Below are positions 1-9,264 of a DNA stretch of 18,708 bases, piece by piece. A program made the translations under genes and the position numbers. The notes under the pieces were generated by a model. That model searched no databases, was not told where the DNA came from, and saw only the letters and a program-made list of their open reading frames with translations. The stretch lies in assembly GCA_022560555.1 (NCBI GenBank), contig JADFSZ010000009.1:1-18708 (forward strand), read 5' to 3'. Position 1 is the first letter of the stretch. The number at the start of each line of letters is the position of its first letter. Source of the DNA: PVC group bacterium. GTDB taxonomy: Bacteria; GCA-001730085; JADFSZ01.

Positions 1-10
1 TTCATGCGGA

Positions 11-1684
11 TTGATTCATAAACATGCGTATCTTTGGATTGTGCTTGTTGTTGGTGGTTGGGAATTGTTTTGCCAAGCAAAAGCATTTACTCAAAACCGT
101 TTGTGGAGTTTGGACATAACAATCCAACCTAAGAATGCCTTGATTTTTGGAGTTTTAGTTTTTATGGGAGGTCTTATTATCTGGGGGGCGTTTTTACCGC
201 CGCTTACCTATGACGGACTCGAGTATCATGTCGGGGCTCCTATGCAATACATTCGGGATGGGAGGATCCACTTTCTCGAGGAAAATGTGTATGCGAGTTT
301 TCCGGCTCTTGTCGAAATGTTTTATTTGTGGGGCCTTGTATCTGTTGATATGCTTGCACCGAAATTGATTCATGCCGCGTTGGGTTTGATGAGCCTCTAT
401 TTGATTTTTGTAATCGGCCGGGATTTTTTTAGCCGAACAGCGGGATGGTTGGGGGCCCTGTTTTTTGCGGTTTATCCCGGGCTGTTCTTGCTCACAACAC
501 AGGTTTATATCGATTTGGGTGTTTTGTTTTTCGGGCTTCTCACGGTGCTTGTCATGTTCCAATGGTGCAAAAACCCCCGGCAAGAGAAGAAATTCTCCTC
601 AGCTATCGGGTTTTTTGTGGGATGTGCGTGTGCGTGTAAATACACGGCTGTCCTTCTGTGGTTGCTTCCCGTATGGATTTTGTTGAATGTCATTCTCAAA
701 ATGAAAAAGATGAGTCTGAAGGAATATGTGTTTCATAACGGATGCTTTTTTGTGATGGCGCTCCTTGCCGTTATGCCATGGCTTATAAAAAATACGGTTT
801 TTTCCGGAAATCCTGTTTTTCCTTTTCTCTATGAATGGCTGGGGGGGCGCGGATGGACCCAGGAGCTGTCTGATTTATTTATGACATCCCATCTTCCTCC
901 AAAATTTGACCTGAATGTTTTAAAAGAGACTTGGATCAGAAACCATCAGTTGAATGTTCTCTTGATTGTGTTTATCCCCGGGCTGATTTTAGAATGGAAA
1001 GAAAAAAATCTGTTCTCGATGATCACGGGTTTATTGGTTCTTATGATGCTTGTTTTATTCCATTTGTGGACAAAATCTTTATGGCGTTTTTTTATTATCG
1101 GGGCAGGGCTCATGGCTCTCCTATCTGCCAGAGGATTCTGTTTGATGTTCACGCACATGAAAAATCGTGTTGTCAAAATTGGTCTTGTTCTTGTCGTATG
1201 TATGGGCGTTCTTTATGGGGTGGTTTTGAATATTGTTTTTCTGATTTCTCAAGAGGCGTTAGGAGTGATTTTTGGGGTCGAACCTCCGAAAACATATTTA
1301 ACCCGGAGGCTTCCCCACTATCCGGCGGTAGAATATTTGAATAGGCTGGAACTCAACCGGTCTAAAGAAAAAATTCTGTTTGTCGGAGAGTCAAGAATAT
1401 TCTATATTGAACAACCGATTATCAGCGGAACAGCTTTTAATAAAAATGTCCTTGAAGAAATATTTCGAACCGGAATAAATTATCGAGACATATACGAAGA
1501 CCTTCGCGCCAGGCATATTTCTTACATTTTTATCAATTTTTCTGAGGTCAGCAGACTCGAAAAGTCTTATGGGTATTTGAAAGATTTTGATTGGGGGCGT
1601 TTTTATGGATTTTCCGATGAATACTTAGACGTGGTTTTTCAAGATGAAAAGAAAACAATGTTTGTGTACAGGATGAAAAAATAA
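11..1684 (+). CDS. Polytopic membrane protein, GT-C-fold (ArnT/PMT-like) glycosyltransferase candidate; possibly 5'-truncated at window edge
   Basis: 557-codon ORF from TTG at 11. The frame stays open back to position 2, so the true start may lie upstream of the window. Many hydrophobic segments, an acidic first-loop motif (PPLTYDGLEYH) like the D/E motif of GT-C enzymes, and a non-hydrophobic C-terminal domain of about 130 aa. Family assignment rests on topology and motif recall only. Confidence 0.6.
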   Translation: MIHKHAYLWIVLVVGGWELFCQAKAFTQNRLWSLDITIQPKNALIFGVLVFMGGLIIWGAFLPPLTYDGLEYHVGAPMQYIRDGRIHFLEENVYASFPALVEMFYLWGLVSVDMLAPKLIHAALGLMSLYLIFVIGRDFFSRTAGWLGALFFAVYPGLFLLTTQVYIDLGVLFFGLLTVLVMFQWCKNPRQEKKFSSAIGFFVGCACACKYTAVLLWLLPVWILLNVILKMKKMSLKEYVFHNGCFFVMALLAVMPWLIKNTVFSGNPVFPFLYEWLGGRGWTQELSDLFMTSHLPPKFDLNVLKETWIRNHQLNVLLIVFIPGLILEWKEKNLFSMITGLLVLMMLVLFHLWTKSLWRFFIIGAGLMALLSARGFCLMFTHMKNRVVKIGLVLVVCMGVLYGVVLNIVFLISQEALGVIFGVEPPKTYLTRRLPHYPAVEYLNRLELNRSKEKILFVGESRIFYIEQPIISGTAFNKNVLEEIFRTGINYRDIYEDLRARHISYIFINFSEVSRLEKSYGYLKDFDWGRFYGFSDEYLDVVFQDEKKTMFVYRMKK

Positions 1685-1686
1685 GC

Positions 1687-2883
1687 ATGTCAGCGATTTC
1701 CGGGCACAATAAAAAAATAAAAGTGGCTCACGTTATCACGCGAATGATTATCGGCGGAGCACAGGAAAATACACTTTACACAGTTCAGGGTTTAGCAAAA
1801 ATGCCTCAATATGATGTCGACCTGATAAGCGGACCGACATATGGTCCTGAAGGGGCTCTGACGTCCCAACATCCTGATCATGACTACGATGTTAAAATTA
1901 TTCCGAGTTTAAAACGTAATCTTAATCCATTCCTTGATATCATCGCTTTTTTCCATCTTTTTATTACCTTTATGAAAGGGAGATATCATATTGTCCATAC
2001 CCATAGTGCAAAGGCCGGGATACTAGGGCGATTGGCCGCGAAATGTGCCGGCGTCCCCATCATAGTGCACACAATTCATGGCTTGTCGTTTCATCCCTAC
2101 CAAGAGAATTGGCTTAACTATATTTACATTAAGCTCGAAAAAATCGTTGCTTTTTGGACATCAAAGCTTATTGTCGTCTGTGACCGCATGTGCGTACAGT
2201 CGGTTAAGGTCGGTATCGCGCCAAAAAATAAATATGTTAAAATTTATAGCGGGATCGATGTTGAGGATTTTTACCGAATACGTATTCCTCAAGAAGAGCT
2301 CTTGCGGCAGTTAAATATTGAGCCAGATAAAGTGATCATCGGAAAAGTCGCTCGATTGTTTCCTCTCAAAGGACATATTTATTTGCTAAAAGCTGTACGA
2401 TCACTTATAAGAGATTTTCCTAACTTAAGATTGGTACTCGTGGGAGACGGTATCCTTAAGGAGCACCTTATGCGTGAATCTGTTCGTTACGGCATCCAAG
2501 AATATGTGAGGTTCGTTGGGCTTGTCCCCCCAGAGGAAATTTCATCTTATCTCTCTATTATGAATATCGTTGTGCATGTCTCATTGCGGGAAGGGCTCGC
2601 AAGAGTGATTCCTCAGGCCATGCTTTTGAAAAAACCCGTTGTCGCATTTAATCTTGATGGAGCTCCCGAATTGATTTTTGATGGCAAAACGGGGTGTCTT
2701 GTGAAGCCGGAATCCCTCACGGGGCTCAACTCGGCTTTGGCCTATTTGCTGAAAAATCCATCACAGGCAAAGCATATGGGAAGCATGGCCAAAGATATGG
2801 TTGAGCCCAAATTCAGTCATTTAACTATGGTGAAAAAAATCGATGATGTTTATAATGATTTGATAAAAGAGGAGAAAATTTGA
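1687..2883 (+). CDS. Glycosyltransferase, GT4 family (GT-B fold, Glycos_transf_1 type)
   Basis: 398 aa. Gly-rich N-terminus KVAHVITRMIIGGAQ. C-terminal SLREGLARVIPQAMLLKKPVVAFNLDGAPELIFDGKTGCLV matches the GT4 nucleotide-sugar binding region. Starts 2 nt after the upstream stop. Confidence 0.85.
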   Translation: MSAISGHNKKIKVAHVITRMIIGGAQENTLYTVQGLAKMPQYDVDLISGPTYGPEGALTSQHPDHDYDVKIIPSLKRNLNPFLDIIAFFHLFITFMKGRYHIVHTHSAKAGILGRLAAKCAGVPIIVHTIHGLSFHPYQENWLNYIYIKLEKIVAFWTSKLIVVCDRMCVQSVKVGIAPKNKYVKIYSGIDVEDFYRIRIPQEELLRQLNIEPDKVIIGKVARLFPLKGHIYLLKAVRSLIRDFPNLRLVLVGDGILKEHLMRESVRYGIQEYVRFVGLVPPEEISSYLSIMNIVVHVSLREGLARVIPQAMLLKKPVVAFNLDGAPELIFDGKTGCLVKPESLTGLNSALAYLLKNPSQAKHMGSMAKDMVEPKFSHLTMVKKIDDVYNDLIKEEKI

Positions 2884-3980
2884 ATCTTTTAATGATCAGT
2901 TTTTCGATTTTAGCTCTAACGTGTATGTTGTCCGCGGTGATGACATATCTCATCAGAATCTTTGCGCTCAAAAAAGGGCTTGTAGATATTCCACAGGAAA
3001 GAAAAATCCACAATGAACCCATTGCGTTAGGGGGCGGTGTGGCGATTTATGCCTCTATGGCTGTTGTTATCCTGGTGGGTTTAATAGGATTGCAGCTGAA
3101 GTTGTTCCCCTTGGAAAGAATGTTTCAGTTCTATGACCTCCCATTGTCTTTGTTGAGTGGGATGGTTAGCGTTATTCCCAAGGTGGTTGTTGTGTTGATC
3201 AGCATCAGCGTTATCATGCTTTTAGGTCTTCTGGATGATATCAAAGGTGTTCGTGTCAGCATAAAATTTTTTACGGAAGCGTTGATGGGAGTTTTTTTAT
3301 ATGCCGCGGATATCAAAATCACGTTATTTTCTTCAAACCCTTTGCTGAACCTGTTTTTTACTGTCGGTTGGGTGGTGTTAGTGACGAATAGTTTTAATCT
3401 GTTGGATAACATGGATGGCCTGACCGCGGGAATTGCTTTTATCAGCGGAATTTTTCTATTAGGAGTTGCCATAGAATACGGCCAATTTTTTGTAAGTTTT
3501 ATTATTGCCTCTTTTTGCGGTGCTCTTTTAGGGTTTTTGTTTTTTAATTATTATCCCGCGAAAATTTTTATGGGGGATGCCGGGAGTTTAAGTGTCGGCT
3601 ATATGATTTCGGTTTTAACGATTCTCACGACCTATTACACACCAAGCGATTCTAAAATCTTGCCGATCATGATACCGCTGTTCATTCTCATGATTCCAAT
3701 CTTTGACACTCTATCTGTTGTCGTTATACGTTTCAAACAGCATAGACCGATTTTTCAAGGAGATAAAAGCCATTTTTCTCATCGTCTTGTGAGCCTTGGT
3801 CTATCACAGAAAAATGCCGTTTTATTAATCTACCTTTTATGTATTTGTCTCGCCCTGCCTGCTTTGCTTGTCCGTAGAGTAGATCCAATAGGAATGTTCT
3901 TTCTGTTTCTTTTAGATTTAGTATTGATAATTATCATCGTTATCCTTGAATATGCCGCTATCAAAAAAAATAAAAATTGA
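2880..3980 (+). CDS. Polyprenyl-phosphate N-acetylhexosamine-1-phosphate transferase (MraY/WecA/TagO, Glycos_transf_4 family)
   Basis: 366-aa polytopic protein with the signature motifs NSFNLLDNMDGLTAGIA and PAKIFMGDAGSLSVGY. TTG start at 2880 lies 5 nt after GAGGAG (2869-2874) and overlaps the upstream stop (TTGA). ATG 2892 is an alternative start. Confidence 0.9.
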   Translation: MNLLMISFSILALTCMLSAVMTYLIRIFALKKGLVDIPQERKIHNEPIALGGGVAIYASMAVVILVGLIGLQLKLFPLERMFQFYDLPLSLLSGMVSVIPKVVVVLISISVIMLLGLLDDIKGVRVSIKFFTEALMGVFLYAADIKITLFSSNPLLNLFFTVGWVVLVTNSFNLLDNMDGLTAGIAFISGIFLLGVAIEYGQFFVSFIIASFCGALLGFLFFNYYPAKIFMGDAGSLSVGYMISVLTILTTYYTPSDSKILPIMIPLFILMIPIFDTLSVVVIRFKQHRPIFQGDKSHFSHRLVSLGLSQKNAVLLIYLLCICLALPALLVRRVDPIGMFFLFLLDLVLIIIIVILEYAAIKKNKN

Positions 3981-5802
3981 TAATATTTTCAGGCTGCTTC
4001 TTTTGCTTATTATTTTAGCGGCTCCCCTAAAATTCGGACTTCCTTTTGTTGAGAATATCCCGAATTTTTGGCCGGGCTCTTTGGATGAGTGGCTGATATG
4101 GTCTTGGCCGGCTGAGATTTTTTGTTTAGGTGTGTGTGTGCTGACCTTGCTTGCCCTGCCGGTTTTAATCAAGAAAAAAGTCCCGCCTGCCTTTGCCGTA
4201 TGTGGTCTCTTAATATTCGTATTTGCTGTTCCGTCAGTGATCGGGTCTGTCGCCCTGACAGCTTCCTTGGTCCAGGTGATTCAATTCGGAGCTTATTTTT
4301 TGGTATGGTGGCTCGTCGTAAGTTTGCTCGATGATGAAAAAAGTCACGAGATCCTGATTGATTGCATACTATTTTCATCTGTGATCATTATGGGGTATGC
4401 TGTTTATCAATATTTTTCCGGTTTTGATGCGACCCGGGAAATTTTGAAAAATATGGATGACCAGGCCTTTCGAGGTATCATCGAAAGTAAACTTGGCCAA
4501 AAGCGCGTATTTTCCACCTTTATTTATCCTAATGCCCTTGCAGGTTATCTGCTCATGATTTTTCCCCTGTGTGTTGTGCGTCTCAAAATAACGCGCTCTA
4601 TAAAAGAGAAGTTGTTTTACATTAGTCTTACCGTATTAAGTGTTTATGTTATGGCTCTCACACAGTCAAGAGGCGGACTGATCGTCTTAAGTGTTTTAAT
4701 ATTTTTGATGCTGTATTTTTGGGTCCCCGAGAGGGGACGCAAATATGTGTGGTCCTTAGGATGTTGTGGCGCATTATTTTTTGTCTGGGCTGTTGCCTAT
4801 TCGAAAATTAACGCAGGCTCATGGATGGCCCGGCTGGATTATTGGGAAAGCGGCTTGAACATTGTCCGTGATCATCTTTTTACCGGGACCGGCCCGGGAA
4901 CTACAGGGTATGTTTATCCCAAGTATATGTTAGCCGGGGCGGAAGAAACGAAAATGCTGCATAATAATTTTTTACAATTCCTCGCGGAATGGGGTCTTGT
5001 TTCCTTTGTCGGGTTTTTAGCTTTCTGGGGCTTGTTGTTTCAAAAAACAAAAGCGATACTTCGAGATCACGTGTCCATGGCTTGCGCTTTAGGATTAACG
5101 GCCTTTCTGATTCATTCCCTCGTTGACTTTGACCTGTATGTGCCGGGGATTGCGGTATTGGCCTTTACTTTCCATGGAATGATTTTGGGAAGATCACATA
5201 CAACATCAATAAAAATAAGGACTTGGCAAAAGTTTGGAATTTGTGTAATATTGGTCTTGATTTTGGCCCCGGCGGGGCTTTATCTTTGGCAATATGCGGA
5301 AGCGGATTATAAAACGTATGCCGCGGAGAAATCTATTCGTGCGGGGGAGCTGAAACAAGGTCTTGACTTCCTTGAAGACGCCAAAAAAATGAAAATCCCT
5401 TTCACTTGGCATCTCCTGGGGCGGCTGCATTGGCAGATGGGCCACTGGGATAGAGCCGAAGACGCGTTCAAACAAGGCGCCAAAAGTGCCACAACATATT
5501 CGGAATTTGACGCGAATCTGGCTCGAGGGTATTTTAAGTTATCAAGTCAATCAAGCGAACAAAATGAGCACTACTTAAAGCTGGCGATAGATCATATGAA
5601 AAAAGCGATAAAAAATTTTCCCGTGTATGCCCTCTATCACGCGGAATTGGCCGCTCTTTATCAAAAAAGCGGACTCCGGAATCAGGCCGGGGAAGAAGCC
5701 TTGCAGGCGCTGGAATACCATAAATTAAGCCGAAATAAAAATATGAAAACGACAGAGATACTACAACAGGCCGGGTTCCGGACCGGAGGAGAAGCCCTAT
5801 GA
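3946..5802 (+). CDS. O-antigen ligase/polymerase-like (Wzy_C domain) membrane protein with C-terminal TPR domain
   Basis: 618 aa. The polytopic N-terminal ~440 aa carry Wzy_C-type motifs ([14 protein letters not shown]; [16 protein letters not shown]). The soluble C-terminal ~150 aa are TPR-like ([15 protein letters not shown]; [29 protein letters not shown]). The track start is TTG 3946; ATG 3952 is equally plausible. Overlaps the upstream gene by 29-35 nt. Confidence 0.8.
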   Translation: MNMPLSKKIKIDNIFRLLLLLIILAAPLKFGLPFVENIPNFWPGSLDEWLIWSWPAEIFCLGVCVLTLLALPVLIKKKVPPAFAVCGLLIFVFAVPSVIGSVALTASLVQVIQFGAYFLVWWLVVSLLDDEKSHEILIDCILFSSVIIMGYAVYQYFSGFDATREILKNMDDQAFRGIIESKLGQKRVFSTFIYPNALAGYLLMIFPLCVVRLKITRSIKEKLFYISLTVLSVYVMALTQSRGGLIVLSVLIFLMLYFWVPERGRKYVWSLGCCGALFFVWAVAYSKINAGSWMARLDYWESGLNIVRDHLFTGTGPGTTGYVYPKYMLAGAEETKMLHNNFLQFLAEWGLVSFVGFLAFWGLLFQKTKAILRDHVSMACALGLTAFLIHSLVDFDLYVPGIAVLAFTFHGMILGRSHTTSIKIRTWQKFGICVILVLILAPAGLYLWQYAEADYKTYAAEKSIRAGELKQGLDFLEDAKKMKIPFTWHLLGRLHWQMGHWDRAEDAFKQGAKSATTYSEFDANLARGYFKLSSQSSEQNEHYLKLAIDHMKKAIKNFPVYALYHAELAALYQKSGLRNQAGEEALQALEYHKLSRNKNMKTTEILQQAGFRTGGEAL

Positions 5803-6239
5803 ATAAAGTTCTCGTCATTCATGGCCCGAATTTAGGCCTTCTGGGATCGCGGCAGCCGGAAATATACGGGCATTTTACATTGGATGAAATCAACGGACGC
5901 TTACGTGAACGGGCGAATGATCTCGGGGTTGAGTTGGAGGATTTTCAGTCGGATCATGAGGGGCAAATTGTTGAGAAAATCGGACAGACCGATGCTCAAT
6001 TTATCGTTATTAATCCTGCCGCCTACACCCACACTAGTGTTGCCATTGCGGATGCTTTGGCCGCACGGGACATTCCTGCCATAGAAGTTCACTTATCGAA
6101 TATTTATAAGCGTGAAGAGTTTCGGCACAAATCCATGGTCTCGCCTTATGTCCTGGGTCAAATCACAGGGCTTGGAGAGGATAGTTATGTATTGGCTCTT
6201 GAGGCGGCTGTCCGGATACTCAAGAGAAAAACCTCTTAA
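5799..6239 (+). CDS. aroQ: 3-dehydroquinate dehydratase, type II
   Basis: 146 aa with the classic type II DHQase motifs [38 protein letters not shown] and [21 protein letters not shown] start/stop overlap with the upstream gene (5799-5802). Confidence 0.95.
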   Translation: MNKVLVIHGPNLGLLGSRQPEIYGHFTLDEINGRLRERANDLGVELEDFQSDHEGQIVEKIGQTDAQFIVINPAAYTHTSVAIADALAARDIPAIEVHLSNIYKREEFRHKSMVSPYVLGQITGLGEDSYVLALEAAVRILKRKTS

Positions 6240-6253
6240 GAAGGATAACAATA

Positions 6254-7273
6254 TTGTCTCGGCTCAAAAAACATCTGGGAACCTGTGTGCGTTTGATTGT
6301 CAGTGTCGGCATCCTATTTCTGATCATAAAAAATATTGACCTCGTTGGATTTTCGGGCATTGTTAAGAACGCGAAACTGTCATGGATTCTGGGAACTTGG
6401 GCCCTTTTAGGGCTGTTCATGATCCCTCTCTCTGTGGCCCGACTGCAATTATTTCTCGTATCACACAACATTAGGCTTCCCTTTTCACGTGTTCTTGTTT
6501 ATCAAATGGTTGGATATTTTTACAATACTTTTTTACCCGGAGGAGTCGGGGGAGATATTATTAAAGCCTATTATATTGCGCAAGAGACTGATAAAAAGCA
6601 TGAAACAGTTGCCGCTGTGATCGCGGATCGTATTGTGGGCCTCATAAGCCTATTTTCTTTAGCTGTGATCGCGTTGTTCCTCAAATGGAATGAGCCCGCT
6701 TTTCATATTCCGCGGGTGATTATTGCTTGCGCGTGCATCCTCGCGGGAATTTGTCTTGCCATTTTTTTTAACAAGAAGCTTATGAGGCGCATTCCTTTTG
6801 GCAAAACTCTTTTTGAAAAAATCCCGTTTCACAGCGCTATTTCCCGTGCCTATGACGCGCTGCACTACTATAAAAATCAAAAAACGTTTCTTGTCAAAGC
6901 ATTTGCTTATTCCCTTGTGATGCAGCTGATTTTCATTTTAGGACACATACCCATAGCCTTTGCTTTAGGGATTGATGTTTTAAACCCGCTCGTGTATATC
7001 ACCCTGGTGCCGATTGCCATTACGATCGCGGCGATACCCATTTCCATACAGGGCTGGGGTATAGGAGAAGCTGTTTACATCAAACTGTTCGGATTGGTTG
7101 GCATAGCGAGCGCGCACAGCCTTGCCTTGTCTGTGATTATGAGGTTTGCTATGATGCTGATCGGAATGGTCGGAGCCGGTTTCTATATGTGTCTCGGTCT
7201 TATTCGTAAAGATTTCACTCCCGTCAAAGGAATGGGGAGTGATTGGATTAACAAAAAGGAGCCAGTGAAATGA
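6254..7273 (+). CDS. UPF0104 / lysylphosphatidylglycerol-synthase-TM-like (flippase-like) membrane protein
   Basis: 339-aa polytopic protein. The motif YNTFLPGGVGGDIIKAYYI is typical of the LPG_synthase_TM/UPF0104 family. TTG start lies 8 nt after GAAGGA. Confidence 0.75.
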   Translation: MSRLKKHLGTCVRLIVSVGILFLIIKNIDLVGFSGIVKNAKLSWILGTWALLGLFMIPLSVARLQLFLVSHNIRLPFSRVLVYQMVGYFYNTFLPGGVGGDIIKAYYIAQETDKKHETVAAVIADRIVGLISLFSLAVIALFLKWNEPAFHIPRVIIACACILAGICLAIFFNKKLMRRIPFGKTLFEKIPFHSAISRAYDALHYYKNQKTFLVKAFAYSLVMQLIFILGHIPIAFALGIDVLNPLVYITLVPIAITIAAIPISIQGWGIGEAVYIKLFGLVGIASAHSLALSVIMRFAMMLIGMVGAGFYMCLGLIRKDFTPVKGMGSDWINKKEPVK

Positions 7274-7449
7274 TTGATAAAAAATTGATGTCTATTTTAG
7301 CCTGTCCCGTGTGTCACGAAAAAGTATCTGCCGATGAAAACGAACAGTTTCTTGTCTGTGTTTCATGCGGGCGCGCTTATCCTGTCAAAAACGGAATCCC
7401 CGTCATGTTGGCTGATCAGGCTATTTTGAAGGATGATCGGAAGTCCTGA
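7270..7449 (+). CDS. Trm112/YcaR (UPF0434) family small zinc-ribbon protein
   Basis: Absent from the ORF track because it is 59 aa. My translation: MIDKKLMSILACPVCHEKVSADENEQFLVCVSCGRAYPVKNGIPVMLADQAILKDDRKS. It has the LACPxC...CxxCxxxYPxxxGIPVML signature of Trm112-like proteins. ATGA overlap with the upstream stop (7270-7273). Confidence 0.8.
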   Translation: MIDKKLMSILACPVCHEKVSADENEQFLVCVSCGRAYPVKNGIPVMLADQAILKDDRKS

Positions 7450-7458
7450 TTTTTCCTG

Positions 7459-8232
7459 ATGAGTAAAATAAAGAATATCATGTCTTGGAACGTTAATGGG
7501 ATTCGTTCTATTGAGAAAAAAGGCTTTGTGAAATGGCTAAAGCAAACAGCGCCGGATGTTCTGTGTTTCCAAGAAATAAAAGCGACTGAAGAGCAGGTTC
7601 CTAAATCCATAAACGATAGTGAAGATTATTTTTCTTTTTGGAATAGTTCGGTAAAAAAAGGTTATGCCGGGGTCGGTATCTTAAGTCAGATTGAACCTTT
7701 GGGCGTTCAAATGGGCATGAAACACAAGAGATTTGATATCGAAGGGCGTGTTTTGACATGTGAATTCACTAATTACTATGTGATATCAGTCTATTTTCCT
7801 AACGCGCAAGAGGGATTAAAGAGGCTGAAATATAAGTTAGAATTTAACGAAGCTTTTACCAAATTTGTGTCCGCGTTGCGCTCTAAAAAAGATGTTGTGA
7901 TTTGCGGAGATTATAATGTGGCTCATAACGAAATCGATCTGGAGCGCCCTAAAGCTAATGAGAACAACGCGGGGTTTTCATGGCCGGAGCGACAATGGAT
8001 GACATCGTTTTTAAAGAGAGGGTTCCTCGATACATTCCGTCTGTTCAATGATCGCTCCCGTCAATATACGTGGTGGAGTTACCGCGCCCAAGCGCGCCGG
8101 AAGAATATTGGATGGCGTATTGATTATGTGTGTGTTAACCATGAAGCAAAAAAAAGAGTGAAAAAGGCTTATATTATGAAAGACGTATTGGGATCGGATC
8201 ACTGCCCTGTAGGAATCGAATTTTCGTCGTAG
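7459..8232 (+). CDS. xthA: Exodeoxyribonuclease III (AP endonuclease, EEP family)
   Basis: 257 aa with the motifs SWNVNGIRS, LCFQEIK, CGDYNVAHNEIDL, YTWWSYR and GSDHCPV. Confidence 0.95.
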   Translation: MSKIKNIMSWNVNGIRSIEKKGFVKWLKQTAPDVLCFQEIKATEEQVPKSINDSEDYFSFWNSSVKKGYAGVGILSQIEPLGVQMGMKHKRFDIEGRVLTCEFTNYYVISVYFPNAQEGLKRLKYKLEFNEAFTKFVSALRSKKDVVICGDYNVAHNEIDLERPKANENNAGFSWPERQWMTSFLKRGFLDTFRLFNDRSRQYTWWSYRAQARRKNIGWRIDYVCVNHEAKKRVKKAYIMKDVLGSDHCPVGIEFSS

Positions 8233-8238
8233 GATAAT

Positions 8239-9264
8239 ATGCGATTTTCACATCTAGAATATATTTGGCTGCTGGGCATCATTCCTTTGGGGCTACTCCT
8301 TTTGGTTTGGTCTCGACAAAAGAAAAAACAGGGTCTTCGTGCATTTGCGGATGTTTCACAGCATCCGTATCTCTTGAGGCCATTGAGCCGGGCTCGACAG
8401 CGCTTGAAGAGCGGGCTGCAAATAACTGTCTTGGGGCTGGTGGTGGCTGCGTTGCTTGGTCCGCAGTGGGGGTACGATTGGCAAGAGGTGAAAAAAAGCG
8501 GTGTGGATATTGTCGTTGCTATAGACGTCTCAAAAAGCATGTTGGCTGAAGACATAAAGCCGAATCGACTTGATCGAACAAAGAAAGAAGTTGAAAGACT
8601 CATAAGCGTCCTCAAGGGAGACCGTATTGCGATTGTGGCCTTTGCGGGAAATGCGTTTATTCAATGTCCGCTCACGACGGATTATGGAGTCGCGAAATTA
8701 TTTTTATCTGATTTAAATACAGATTCACTTCCCTTGGGAGGAACGGATATTGGACGTGCGATTGAAAAATCATTGGAAGCGTACGATAAATCTGATCTTG
8801 AACATCGTGTGCTCATATTGATTTCAGACGGTGAAGATCATGGGGGAGAAATCGAAAACGCCATCGAGAGGGCCCAAAAAGAACATGTAGCCGTTTATCC
8901 GGTTTTGGTCGGGAGTGTCATGGGCGCTCCTATTCCGATTCTTGATAACCAGGGAAACAGATCCTATATAAAAGACCAAGCGGGCTTGCTTGTTTTATCT
9001 AAACAGAATCCGGAAATGTTTTCCTTGATCGCCGCTCAAACAGGGACATTCTTGTCTGTGCTTGGCTCATCCGGCTTTGCTTTAGAAGACGTTTATTCTC
9101 TGGAAATTGATCGGCTCGAGAAAAAAGAGTTTCAGGCCCAAAGAAACAAGCAATACCATGACCGATTTGCATGGTTTGTGTTGGGGGCTCTCATTCTTTA
9201 TATGATTGAAATGTTTGTTCCCGAATCTAAAAAGGAAATTCCTCGTGAGACGTCCTCCGCATAA
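8239..9264 (+). CDS. VWA domain membrane protein, BatA/BatB-like
   Basis: 341 aa. N-terminal BatA-type TM segment (LEYIWLLGIIPLGLLLLVW), a VWA domain with a MIDAS DxSxS motif (AIDVSKSM, then LISDGEDHGG), and a C-terminal TM (FAWFVLGALILYMIEMF). Starts 6 nt after the xthA stop. Confidence 0.85.
   Translation: MRFSHLEYIWLLGIIPLGLLLLVWSRQKKKQGLRAFADVSQHPYLLRPLSRARQRLKSGLQITVLGLVVAALLGPQWGYDWQEVKKSGVDIVVAIDVSKSMLAEDIKPNRLDRTKKEVERLISVLKGDRIAIVAFAGNAFIQCPLTTDYGVAKLFLSDLNTDSLPLGGTDIGRAIEKSLEAYDKSDLEHRVLILISDGEDHGGEIENAIERAQKEHVAVYPVLVGSVMGAPIPILDNQGNRSYIKDQAGLLVLSKQNPEMFSLIAAQTGTFLSVLGSSGFALEDVYSLEIDRLEKKEFQAQRNKQYHDRFAWFVLGALILYMIEMFVPESKKEIPRETSSA

Noticed and set aside
3963-3970. Homopolymer tracts as possible phase-variation switches: A8 at 3963-3970 (in the overlap of the WecA-like and Wzy_C genes), T9 at 14770-14778 (permease 2), and G7 at 841-847 (GT-C gene).
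   Set aside because: The tracts are short for efficient slipped-strand switching and unremarkable in an AT-leaning genome with Lys/Phe-rich membrane proteins. All are in frame with intact ORFs. They would only be worth revisiting if population or metagenomic reads show length variation.
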